A program made the position numbers and the translations under genes. From NCBI GenBank assembly GCA_964016885.1, contig OZ024742.1, forward strand, positions 376,278,001 through 376,342,000: 64,000 nt of DNA. Direction: 5' to 3'. Within the stretch, counting starts at the first letter, position 1. Each line of letters opens with the position of its first letter. The notes under the pieces are model-generated. The model was not told the origin of the DNA and did not search any database. It saw only the letters and a list, made by a program, of their open reading frames with translations. This DNA comes from Eledone cirrhosa. Its lineage: Eukaryota. This document shows, in pieces, positions 45,001-58,572 of the stretch.

Positions 45001-48000
45001 TTCTGTGCCTTCTCACCTTACAATAATATACCTAAAACCCCTAATTCTGTTCCTTCTCACCTTACAATAATATACCAGTAACCCCTAATTCTATACCTTC
45101 TCCCACTACAATAATATACCTGTAACCCCTAATTCTGTTCCTTCTCACCCTACAATAATATACTTGTAACCCCTACTTCTGTACCTACTTCATCTACAAT
45201 GATATACCTGTAACCCCTAATTTTGTACCTTCTCACCCTACAATAATATACCTGTAACCCCTAATTCTGTTCCTTCTTATCTTACAATAATATACCTGTA
45301 ACCCCTAACTCTGTACCTTCTCCCGCTACAATAATATACCTGTAACCCTTAATTCTGTACATTCTCCCACTACAATAATATACCTGTAACCCCTAATTCT
45401 GTTCGTTCTCACCTTACAATAATATACCTGTAACCCCTAATTCTGTACCTTCTTATCCTACTATAATATACCTGTAACCCCTAAGTCTGTACCTTCTCCC
45501 GCTACAAAAATATACCTGTAACCCCTAATTCTGTACCTTCTTACCCTACAATAATATACCTGTAACCCCTAATTCTGTTCCTTCTCACCCTACATAATAT
45601 ACCTGTAACCCCTAATTCTGTACCTCCTTGCTCTACAATAATATACCTGTAACCCCTAATTCTGTTCCTTCTCACCCTACAATAATATACCTGTAACCCC
45701 TAATTCTGTTCCTTCTTACTCTACAATAATATACCTGTAACCCCTAATTCTGTTCCTTCTCACCCTACAATAATATACCTGTAACCCCTAATTCTGTACC
45801 TTACTCTACAATAATATACCTGTAACCCCTGATTCTGTACCTTCTCACCCTACAATAATATACCTGTAACCCCTAATTCTGTACCTTACTCTACAATAAT
45901 ATACCCGTAAGCCCTAATTCTGTACCTTCTCACCCTAAAATAATATACCTGTAACCCCTAATTCTGTACCTTCTCACCCTACATTAATATACCTGTAACC
46001 CCTAATTCTGTACCTTCTTACCCTACAATAATATACCTGTAACCCCTAATTCTGTAACTTCTTACTCTACAATAATATACCTGTAACCCCTAATTCTGTT
46101 CCTTCTCACCCTACAATAATATACCTGTAACCCCTAATTCTGTTCCTTCTTACTCTACAATAATATACCTGTAACCCCTAATACTGTTCCTTCTCACCCT
46201 ACAATAATATACCTGTAACCCCTAATTCTGTACCTTCTCACCCTACAATAATATACCTGTAACCCCTAATTCTGTACCTTACTCTACAATAATATACCTG
46301 TAACCCCTAATTCTGTACCTTCTCACCCTACAATAATATACCTGTAACCCCTAATTCTGTTCCTTCTCACCCTACAATAATATACCTGTAACCTCTAATT
46401 CTGTACCTTCTCACCCTACAATAATATACCTGTAACCCCTAATTCTGTACCTTCTCACCCTACAATAATATACCTGTAACCCCTAATTCTGTACCTTCTC
46501 ACCCTACAATAATATACCTGTAACCCCTAATTCTGTTCCTTCTCACCCTACAATAATATACCTGTAACCCCTAATTCTGTACCTTCTCACCCTACAATAA
46601 TATACCTGTAACCCCTAATTCTGTTCCTTCTCACCCTACAATAATATACCTGTACCCCCTAATTCTGTCACTTCTTACTCTACAATAATATACCTGTAAC
46701 CCCTAATTCTGTACCCTCTCACCATACAATAATATACCTGTAACCCCTAATTCTGTACCTTCTCACCCTACAATAATATACCTGTAACCCCTAATTCTGT
46801 ACCTTCTCATCCTACATTAATATACCTGTAACCCCTAATTCTGTACCTTATTACCCTACAATAATATACCTGTAACCCCTAATTCTGTACCTTCTCACCC
46901 TACAATAATATACCTGTAACCCCTAATTCTGTTCCTTCTCACCCTACAATAATATACCTGTAACCCCTAATTCTGTTCCTTCTTACCCTACAATATATAC
47001 CTGTAACCCCTAATTCTGTACCTTCTTACCCTACAATAATATACCTGTAACCCCTAATTCTGTTCCTTCTCACCCTACAATAATATACCTGTAACCCCTA
47101 ATTCTGTACCTTCTTACTCTACAATAATATACCTGTAACCCCTAATTCTGTTCCTTCTCACCCTACAATAATATACCTGTAACCCCTAATTCTGTTCCTT
47201 CTTACTCTACAATAATATACCTGTAACCCCTAATTCTGTTCCTTCTTACCCTACAATAATATACCTGTAACCCCTAATTCTCTACCTTCTTACCCTACAA
47301 TAATATACCTGTAACCCGTAATTCCGTTCCTTCTCACCCTACAATAATATACCTGTAACCCCTAATTCTGTACCTTCTTACCCTCCAATAATATACCTGT
47401 AACCCCTAATTCTGTTCCTTCTCACCCTACAATAATATACCTGTAACCCCTAATTCTGTACCTTCTTGCTCTACAATAATATACCTGTAACCCCTAATTC
47501 TGTTCCTTCTCACCCTACAATAATATACCTGTAACCCCTAATTCTGTTCCTTCTTACTCTACAATAATATACCTGTAACCCCTAATTCTGTTCCTTCTCA
47601 CCCTACAATAATATACCTGTAACCCCTAATTCTGTAGCTTACTCTACAATAATATACCTGTAACCCCTAATTCTGTACCTTCTCACCCTACAATAATATA
47701 CCTGTAACCCCTAATTCTGTACCTTACTCTACAATAATATACCTGTAAGCCCTAATTCTGTACCTTCTCACCCTACAATAATATACCTGTAACCCCTAAT
47801 TCTGTACCTTCTCACCCTAAAATAATATACCTGTAACCCCTAATTCTGTACCTTCTCACCCTACATTAATATACCTGTAACCCCTAATTCTGTACCTTCT
47901 TACCCTACAATAATATACCTGTAACCCCTAATTCTGTCCCTTCTCACCCTACAATAATATACCTGTAACCCCTAATTCTGTTCCTTCTCACCCTACAATA

Positions 48001-51000
48001 ATATACCTGTAACCCCTAATTCTGTTCCTTCTTACTCTACAATAATATACCTGTAACCCCTAATACTGTTCCTTCTCACCCTACAATAATATACCTGTAA
48101 CCCCTAATTCTGTACCTTCTCACCCTACAATAATATACCTGTAACCCCTAATTCTGTACCTTACTCTACAATAATATACCTGTAACCCCTAATTCTGTTC
48201 CTTCTCACCCTACAATAATATACCTGTAACCCCTAATTCTGTTCCTTCTTACTCTACAAGAATATACCTGTAACCCCTAATTCTGTTCTTTCTTACCCTA
48301 CAATAATATACCTGTAACCCCTAATTCTCTACCTTCTTACCCTACAATAATATACCTGTAACCCGTAATTCCGTTCCTTCTCACCCTATAATAATATACC
48401 TGTAACCCCTAATTCTGTACCTTCTTACCCTACAATAATATACCTGTAACCCCTAATTCTGTTCCTTCTCACCCTACAATAATATACCTGTAACCCCTAA
48501 TTCTGTACCTTCTTGCTCTACAATAATATACCTGTAACCCCTAATTCTGTTCCTTCTCACCCTACAATAATATACCTGTAACCCCTAATTCTGTTCCTTC
48601 TTACTCTACAATAATATACCTGTAACCCCTAATTCTGTTCCTTCTCACCCTACAATAATATACCTGTAACCCCTAATTCTGTTCCTTCTTACCCTACAAT
48701 ATATACCTGTAACCCCTAATTCTGTACCTTCTTACCCTACAATAATATACCTGTAACCCCTAATTCTGTTCCTTCTCACCCTACAATAATATACCTGTAA
48801 CCCCTAATTCTGTACCTTCTTACTCTACAATAATATACCTGTAACCCCTAATTCTGTTCCTTCTCACCCTACAATAATATACCTGTAACCCCTAATTCTG
48901 TTCCTTCTTACTCTACAATAATATACCTGTAACCCCTAATTCTGTTCCTTCTTACCCTACAATAATATACCTGTAACCCCTAATTCTCTACCTTCTTACC
49001 CTGCAATAATATACCTGTAACCCGTAATTCCGTTCCTTCTCACCCTACAATAATATACCTGTAACCCCTAATTCTGTACCTTCTTACCCTACAATAATAT
49101 ACCTGTAACCCCTAATTCTGTTCCTTCTCACCCTACAATAATATACCTGTAACCCCTAATTCTGTACCTTCTTGCTCTACAATAATATACCTGTAACCCC
49201 TAATTCTGTTCCTTCTCACCCTACAATAATATACCTGTAACCCCTAATTCTGTTCCTTCTTACTCTACAATAATATACCTGTAACCCCTAATTCTGTTCC
49301 TTCTCACCCTACAATAATATACCTGTAACCCCTAATTCTGTACCTTACTCTACAATAATATACCTGTAAGCCCTAATTCTGTACCTTCTCACCCTACAAT
49401 AATATACCTGTAACCCCTAATTCTGTACCTTCTCACCCTAAAATAATATACCTGTAACCCCTAATTCTGTACCTTCTCACCCTACATTAATATACCTGTA
49501 ACCCCTAATTCTGTACCTTCTTACCCTACAATAATATACCTGTAACCCCTAATTCTGTTCCTTCTCACCCTACAATAATATACCTGTAACCCCTAATTCT
49601 GTTCCTTCTTACTCTACAATAATATACCTGTAACCCCTAATACTGTTCCTTCTCACCCTACAATAATATACCTGTAACCCCTAATTCTGTACCTTCTCAC
49701 CCTACAATAATATACCTCTAACCCCTAATTCTGTACCTTACTCTACAATAATATACCTGTAACCCCTAATTCTGTACCTTCTTACCCTACAATAATATAC
49801 CTGTAACCCCTAATTCTGTACCTTCTCACCCTACATTAATATACCTGTAACCCCTAATTCTGTACCTTCTTACCCTACAATAATATACCTGTAACCCCTA
49901 ATTCTGTCCCTGCTCACCCTACAATAATATACCTGTAACCCCTAATTCTGTTCCTTCTCACCCTACAATAATATACCTGTAACCCCTAATTCTGTTCCTT
50001 CTTACTCTACAATAATATACCTGTAACCCCTAATACTATTCCTTCTCACCCTACAATAATATACCTGTAACCCCTAATTCTGTACCTTCTCACCCTACAA
50101 TAATATACCTGTAACCCCTAATTCTGTACCTTACTCTACAATAATATACCTGTAACCCCTAATTCTGTACCTTCTTACCCTACAATAATATACCTGTAAC
50201 CCCTAATTCTGTTCCTTCTCACCCTACAATAATATACCTGTAACCCCTAATTCTGTACCTTCTTGCTCTACAATAATATACCTGTAACCCCTAATTCTGT
50301 TCCTTCTCACCCTACAATAATATACCTGTAACCCCTAATTCTGTTCCTTCTTACTCTACAATAATATACCTGTAACCCCTAATTCTGTTCCTTCTCACCC
50401 TACAATAATATACCTGTAACCCCTAATTCTGTAGCTTACTCTACAATAATATACCTGTAACCCCTAATTATGTACCTTCTCACCCTACAATAATATACCT
50501 GTAACCCCTAATTCTGTACCTTACTCTACAATAATATACCTGTAAGCCCTAATTCTGTACCTTCTCACCCTACAATAATATACCTGTAACCCCTAATTCT
50601 GTTCCTTCTCACCCTACAATAATATACCTGTAACCCCTAATTCTGTACCTTCTCACCCTACAATAATATACCTGTACCCCCTAATTCTGTCACTTCTTAC
50701 TCTACAATAATATACCTGTAACCCCTAATTCTGTACCCTCTCACCCTACAATAATATACCTGTAACCCCTAATTCTGTACCTTCTCACCCTACAATAATA
50801 TACCTGTAACCCCTAATTCTGTACCTTCTCACCCTACAATAATATACCTGTAACCCCTAATTCTGTACCTTCTCATCCTACATTAATATACCTGTAACCC
50901 CTAATTCTGTACCTTATTACCCTACAATAATATACCTGTAACCCCTAATTCTGTACCTTCTCACCCTACAATAATATACCTGTAACCCCTAATTCTGTTC

Positions 51001-54000
51001 CTTCTTACCCTACAATATATACCTGTAACCCCTAATTCTGTACCTTCTTACCCTACAATAATATACCTGTAACCCCTAATTCTGTACCTTCTTACTCTAC
51101 AATAATATAGCTGTAACCCCTAATTCTGTTCCTTCTCACCCTACAATAATATACCTGTAACCCCTAATTCTGTTCCTTCTTACTCTACAATAATATACCT
51201 GTAACCCCTAATTCTGTTCCTTCTCACTCTACAATAATATACCTGTAACCCCTAATTCTGTTCCTTCTCACTCTACAATAATATACCTGTAACCCCTAAT
51301 TCTGTTCCTTCTCACCCTACAATAATATACCTGTAACCTCTAATTCTGTTCCTTCTCACCCTACAATAAAATACCTGTAACCCCTAATTCTGTACCTTAC
51401 TCTACAATAATATACCTGTAACCCCTAATTCTGTACCTTCTCACCCTACAATAATATACCTGTAACCCCTAATTCTGTACCTTCTCACCCTACAATAATA
51501 TACCTGTAACCCCTAATTCTGTTCCTTCTTACCCTACAATATATACCTGTAACCCCTAATTCTGTACCTTCTTACCCTACAATAATATACCTGTAACCCC
51601 TAATTCTGTTCCTTCTCACCCTACAATAATATACCTGTAACCCCTAATTCTGTACCTTCTTACTCTACAATAATATAGCTGTAACCCCTAATTCTGTTCC
51701 TTCTCACCCTACAATAATATACCTGTAACCCCTAATTCTGTTCCTTCTTACTCTACAATAATATACCTGTAACCCCTAATTCTGTTCCTTCTCACTCTAC
51801 AATAATATACCTGTAACCCCTAATTCTGTTCCTTCTTACTCTACAATAATATACCTGTAACCCCTAATTCTGTTCCTTCTCACCCTACAATAATATACCT
51901 GTAACCCCTAATTCTGTTCCTTCTCACCCTACAATAAAATACCTGTAACCCCTAATTCTGTACCTTACTCTACAATAATATACCTGTAACCCCTAATTCT
52001 GTACCTTCTCACCCTACAATAATATACCTGTAACCCCTAATTCTGTACCTTCTCACCCTACAATAATATACCTGTAACCACTAATTCTGTTCCTTCTCAT
52101 CCTACAATAATATACCTGTAACCCCTAATTCTGTACCTTCTCACCCTACAATAATATACCTGTAACCCCTAATTCTGTTCCTTCTCACCCTACAATAATA
52201 TACCTGTAACCCCTAATTCTGTACCTTCTCACCCTACAATAATATACCTGTAACCCCTAATTCTGTAACTTCTTACTCTACAATAATATACCTGTAACCC
52301 CTAATTCTGTACCCTCTCACCCTACAATAATATACTTGTAACCCCTAATTCTGTACCTTCTCACCCTACAATAATATACCTGTAACCCCTAATTCTGTAC
52401 CTTCTAACCCTAAAATAATATATCTGTAACCTCTAATTCTGTACCTTCTCACCCTACATTAATATACCTGTAACCCCTAATTCTGTACCTTCTTACCCTA
52501 CAATAATATACCTATAACCCCTAATTCTGTACCTTCTCACCCTACAATAATATACCTGTAACCCCTAATTCTGTTCCTTCTCACCCTACAATAATATACC
52601 TGTAACCCCTAATTCTGTTCCTTCTCACCCTACAATAATATACCTGTAACCCCTAATACTGTTCCTTCTCACCCTACAATAATATACCTGTAACCCCTAA
52701 TTCTGTACCTTCTCACCCTACAATAATATACCTGTAACCCCTAATTCTGTACCTTACTCTACAATAATATACCTGTAACCCCTAATTCTGTACCTTACTC
52801 TACAATAATATACCTGTAACCCCTAATTCTGTACCTTCTCACCCTAAAATAATATACCTGTAACCCCTAATTCTGTTCCTTCTCACCCTGCAATAATATA
52901 CCTGTAACCTCTAATTCTGTACCTTCTCACCCTACAATAATATACCTGTAACCCCTAATTCTGTACCTTCTCACCCTACAATAATATACCTGTAACCCCT
53001 AATTCTGTTCCTTCTCACCCTACAATTATATACCTGTAACCCCTAATTCTGTACCTTCTCACCCTACAATAATATACCTGTAACCCCTAATTCTGTAACT
53101 TCTTACTCTACAATAATATACCTGTAACCCCTAATTCTGTACCCTCTCACCCTACAATAATATACCTGTAACCCCTAATTCTGTTCCTTCTTACCCTACA
53201 ATAATATACCTGTAACCCCTAATTCTGTACCTTCTTACCCTACAATAATATACCTGTAACCCCTAATGTGTTCCTTCTTACCCTACAATAATATACCTGT
53301 AACCCCTAATTCTCTACCTTCTTACCCTACAATAATATACCTGTAACCCGTAATTCCGTTCCTTCTCACCCTACAAAAATATACCTGTAACCCCTAATTC
53401 TGTACCTTCTTACCCTACAATAATATACCTGTAACCCCTAATTCTGTTCCTTCTCACCCTACAATAATATACCTGTAACCCCTAATTCTGTACCTTCTTG
53501 CTCTACAATAATATACCTGTAACCCCTAATTCTGTTCCTTCTCACCCTACAATAATATACCTGTAACCCCTAATTCTGTTCCTTCTTACTCTACAATAAT
53601 ATACCTGTAACCCCTAATTCTGTTCCTTCTCACCCTACAATAATATACCTGTAACCCCTAATTCTGTACCTTACTCTACAATAATATACCTGTAACCCCT
53701 AATTCTGTACCTTCTCACCCTACAATAATATACCTGTAACCCCTAATTCTGTACCTTACTCTACAATAATATACCCGTAACCCCTAATTCTGTACCTTCT
53801 CACCCTAAAATAATATACCTGTAACCCCTAATTCTGTACCTTCTCACCCTACATTAATATACCTGTAACCCCTAATTCTGTACCTTCTTACCCTACAATA
53901 ATATACCTGTAACCCCTAATTCTGTAACTTCTTACTCTACAATAATATACCTGTAACCCCTAATTCTGTTCCTTCTCACCCTACAATAATATACCTGTAA

Positions 54001-57000
54001 CCCCTAATTCTGTTCCTTCTTACTCTACAATAATATACCTGTAACACCTAATACTGTTCCTTCTCACCCTACAATAATATACCTGTAACCCCTAATTCTG
54101 TACCTTCTCACCCTACAATAATATACCTGTAACCCCTAATTCTGTACCTTACTCTACAATAATATACCTGTAACCCCTAATTCTGTACCTTCTCACCCTA
54201 CAATAATATACCTGTAACCCCTAATTCTGTTCCTTCTCACCCTACAATAATATACCTGTAACCTCTAATTCTATACCTTCTCACCCTACAATAATATACC
54301 TGTAACCCCTAATTCTGTTCCTTCTCACCCTACAATAATATACCTGTAACCCCTAATTCTGTACCTTCTCACCCTACAATAATATACCTGTAACCCCTAA
54401 TTCTGTTCCTTCTCACCCTACAATAATATACCTGTACCCCCTAATTCTGTCACTTCTTACTCTACAATAATATACCTGTAACCCCTAATTCTGTACCCTC
54501 TCACCCTACAATAATATACCTGTAACCCCTAATTCTGTACCTTCTCACCCTACAATAATATACCTGTAACCCCTAATTCTGTACCTTCTCACCCTACAAT
54601 AATATACCTGTAACCCCTAATTCTGTACCTTCTCATCCTACATTAATATACCTGTAACCCCTAATTCTGTACCTTATTACCCTACAATAATATACCTGTA
54701 ACCCCTAATTCTGTACCTTCTCACCCTACAATAATATACCTGTAACCCCTAATTCTGTTCCTTCTCACCCTACAATAATATACCTGTAACCCCTAATTCT
54801 GTACCTTCTTACCCTACAATAATATACCTGTAACCCCTAATTCTGTTCCTTCTCACCCTACAATAATATACCTGTAACCCCTAATTCTGTACCTTCTTAC
54901 TCTACAATAATATACCTGTAACCCCTAATTCTGTTCCTTCTCACCCTACAATAATATACCTGTAACCCCTAATTCTGTTCCTTCTTACTCTACAATAATA
55001 TACCTGTAACCCCTAATTCTGTTCCTTCTTACCCTACAATAATATAACTGTAACCCCTAATTCTCTACCTTCTTACCCTACAATAATATACCTGTAACCC
55101 GTAATTCCGTTCCTTCTCACCCTACAATAATATACCTGTAACCCCTAATTCTGTACCTTCTTACCCTACAATAATATACCTGTAACCCCTAATTCTGTTC
55201 CTTCTCACCCTACAATAATATACCTGTAACCCCTAATTCTGTACCTTCTTGCTCTACAATAATATACCTGTAACCCCTAATTCTGTTCCTTCTCACCCTA
55301 CAATAATATACCTGTAACCCCTAATTCTGTTCCTTCTTACTCTACAATAATATACCTGTAACCCCTAATTCTGTTCCTTCTCACCCTACAATAATATACC
55401 TGTAACCCCTAATTCTGTACCTTACTCTACAATAATATACCTGTAACCCCTAATTCTGTACCTTCTCACCCTACAATAATATACCTGTAACCCCTAATTC
55501 TGTACCTTACTCTACAATAATATACCTGTAAGCCCTAATTCTGTACCTTCTCACCCTACAATAATATACCTGTAACCCCTAATTCTGTACCTTCTCACCC
55601 TAAAATAATATACCTGTAACCCCTAATTCTGTACCTTCTCACCCTACATTAATATACCTGTAACCCCCAATTCTGTACCTTCTTACCCTACAATAATATA
55701 CCTGTAACCCCTAATTCTGTACCTTCTCACCCTACAATAATATACCTGTAACCCCTAATTCTGTTCCTTCTCACCCTACAATAATATACCTGTAACCCCT
55801 AATTCTGTTCCTTCTTACTCTACAATAACATACCTGTAACCCCTAATACTGTTCCTTCTCACCCTACAATAATATACCTGTAACCCCTAATTCTGTACCT
55901 TACTCTACAATAATATACCTGTAACCCCTAATTCTGTACCTTCTCACCCTACAATAATATACCTGTAACCCCTAATTCGGTTCCTTCTCACCCTACAATA
56001 ATATACCTGTAACCTCTAATTCTGTACCTTCTCACCCTACAATAATATACCTGTAACCCCTAATTCTGTACCTTCTCACCCTACAATAATATACCTGTAA
56101 CCCCTAATTCTGTTCCTTCTCACCCTACAATAATATACCTGTAACCCCTAATTCTGTACCATCTCACCCTACAATAATATACCTGTAACCCCTAATTCTG
56201 TTCCTTCTCACCCTACAATAATATACCTGTAACCCCTAATTCTGTACCTTCTCACCCTACAATAATATACCTGTAACCCCTAATTCTGTACCCTCTCACC
56301 CTACAATAATATACCTGTAACCCCTAATTCTGTACCATCTCACCCTACAATAATATACCTGTAACTCCTAATTCTGTTCCTTCTCACCCTACAATAATAT
56401 ACCTGTACCCCCTAATTCTGTCACTTCTTACTCTACAATAATATACCTGTAACCCCTAATTCTGTACCCTCTCACCCTACAATAATATACCTGTAACCCC
56501 TAATTCTGTACCTTCTCACCCTACAATAATATACCTGTAACCCCTAATTCTGTACCTTCTCACCCTAAAATAATATACCTGTAACCCCTAATTCTGTTCC
56601 TTCTCACCCTACAATAATATACCTGTAACCCCTAATTCTGTTCCTTCTTACCCTACAATATATACCTGTAACCCCTAATTCTGTACCTTCTTACCCTACA
56701 ATAATATACCTGTAACCCTTAATTCTGTTCCTTCTCACCCTACAATAATATACCTGTAACCCCTAATTCTGTACCTTCTTACTCTACAATAATATACCTG
56801 TAACCCCTAATTCTGTTCCTTCTCACCCTACAATAATATACCTGTAACCCCTAATTCTGTTCCTTCTTACTCTACAATAATATACCTGTAACCCCTAATT
56901 CTGTTCCTTCTCACCCTACAATAATATACCTGTAACCCCTAATTCTGTTCCTTCTCACCCTACAATAATATACCTGTAACCCCTAATTCTGTACCTTCTC

Positions 57001-57995
57001 ACCCTACAATAATATACCTGTAACCCCTAATTCTGTTCCTTCTTACTCTACAATAATATACCTGTAACCCCTAATTCTGTTCCTTCTCACCCTACAATAA
57101 TATACCTGTAACCCCTAATTCTGTTCCTTCTCACCCTACAATAATATACCTGTAACCCCTAATTCTGTTTCTTCTCACCCTACAATAATATACCTGTAAC
57201 CCCTAATTCTGTACCTTCTCAACCTACATTAATATACCTGTAACCCCTAATTCTGTTCCTTCTCACCCTACAATAATATACCTGTAACCCCTAATTCTGT
57301 ACCTTCTCACCCTACAATAATATACCTGTAACCCCTAATTCTGTTCCTTCTCACCCTACAATAATATACCTGTAACCCCTAATTCTGTACCTTCTCACCC
57401 TACATTAATATACCTGTAACCCCTAATTCTGTTCCTTCTCACCCTACAATAATATACCTGTAACCCCTAATTCTGTACCTTCTCACCCTACAATAATATA
57501 CCTGTAACCCCTAATTCTGTACCTTCTCACCCTACAATAATATACCTGTAACCCCTAATTCTGTACCTTCTCACCCTACAATAATATACCTGTAACCCCT
57601 AATTCTGTTCCTTCTCACCCTACAATAATATACCTGTAACCCCTAATTCTGTACCTTCTCACCCTACATTAATATACCTGTAACCCCTAATTCTGTTCCT
57701 TCTCACCCTACAATAATATACCTGTAACCCCTAATTCTGTACCTTCTCACCCTACATTAATATACCTGTAACCCCTAATTCTGTTCCTTCTCACCCTACA
57801 ATAATATACCTGTAACCCCTAATTCTGTACCTTCTCACCCTACAATAATATACCTGTAACCCCTAATTCTGTTCCTTCTCACCCTACAATAATATACCTG
57901 TAACCCCTAATTCTGTTCCTTCTCACCCTACAATAATATACCTGTAACCCCTAATTCTGTACCTTCTCACCCTACAATAATATAGCTGTAACCCC
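1..57995. repeat. Tandem satellite array, 44-bp monomer, ~1,320 copies, left end outside window
   Basis: Consensus CCTGTAACCCCTAATTCTGT(A/T)CCTTCT(C/T)ACCCTACAATAATATA repeats head-to-tail in one orientation. Recurrent 41-bp (GTACCTTACTCT) and 43-bp (CAATATATACC) deletion variants. The last partial unit is TATAGCTGTAACCCC at 57981-57995. Copy number is length/44. Confidence 0.99.
27150..46800. repeat. Higher-order repeat in the 44-bp satellite: ~4 copies of a 4,727-bp unit (2,103 + 2,624 bp subunits), one copy with an extra 827 bp
   Basis: Marker ACCGGT at 27831, 29934, 32558, 34661, 37285, 39388, 42839, 44942. Alternate spacings are 4727 four times, then 5554 twice. Marker CCAGAC at 31714, 36441, 41995 gives 4727 and 5554. 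Outer boundaries approximate. Confidence 0.9.
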
Positions 57996-58013
57996 CTTTT
58001 CTCTCTATTACAG

Positions 58014-58133
58014 TTCAAACAGCAGCTTGCGTTCCAAGCTGTCATTGACCCGTCCCATGTGAAGAATCGACACGTTCTCAATGACACATATGGTATACAA
58101 CTGCCCCTTATTTCAGAGAAAAGACATTCCAGA
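58014..58133 (+). CDS. Internal coding exon A (120 nt, phase 0/0) of an unidentified gene: FKQQLAFQAVIDPSHVKNRHVLNDTYGIQLPLISEKRHSR
   Basis: Preceded by CCCCCTTTTCTCTCTATTACAG (pyrimidine tract + CAG at 58011-58013) and followed by GTAAGT at 58134. Length is 40 codons. Only frame 0 is open; the other two + frames hit TGA. Sequence is unique and GC-richer than the downstream flank. Confidence 0.8.
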
Positions 58134-58443
58134 GTAAGTGACCGTTCAGTTTTTATACATTAATATCATGGATTAAACGAGGAGTGGGTAGTGGTGGTTG
58201 GAAAATCAGTAATTTTTCTAAGTTGTCTCCCTTGATATTTTAAAAAACTAGAATTATTCGTTTAGTTTACATATTGAGACCCCAACACATCCTATTTATT
58301 CTATAACATATGGGATTTCTAGTAATGTACTTTTTGTTGTCATATATAATCTTTTTAATGTATAAAGAAAATTAATTGTTACAGGAATGCGACCACTTAA
58401 AATAAAACCTTGCCAGAGACAGACTAGCAAAATTAGATAATAA

Positions 58444-58534
58444 GGAGGGTGGGGTGTAATAAGAACGTGGGTGGGGCAGAGCTGGGAAAAAAATCTGAAA
58501 AATTAATAATTGGAGGGCGGGGGGGGGGGGGGGG
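58444..58534 (+). other. G-rich tract with several G runs and a G16 homopolymer (G-quadruplex-prone)
   Basis: GGAGGGTGGGG...GTGGGTGGGGCAGAGCTGGG, then GGAGGGC followed by 16 G at 58519-58534. Confidence 0.55.
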
Positions 58535-58572
58535 TGATTTTCAGAGAATATTTCATTAAGATGAAAAAAAAT

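Noticed and set aside
1-57995. CRISPR-like array (constant part plus variable part)
   Set aside because: The variable segment is only point variants of one consensus, not unique spacers. There are no cas genes and the context is eukaryotic.
1-57995. True telomeric array or a repetitive coding region
   Set aside because: CCCTAA occurs once per 44 bp rather than in tandem. Both strands are dense in stop codons and the ORF track reports nothing here.
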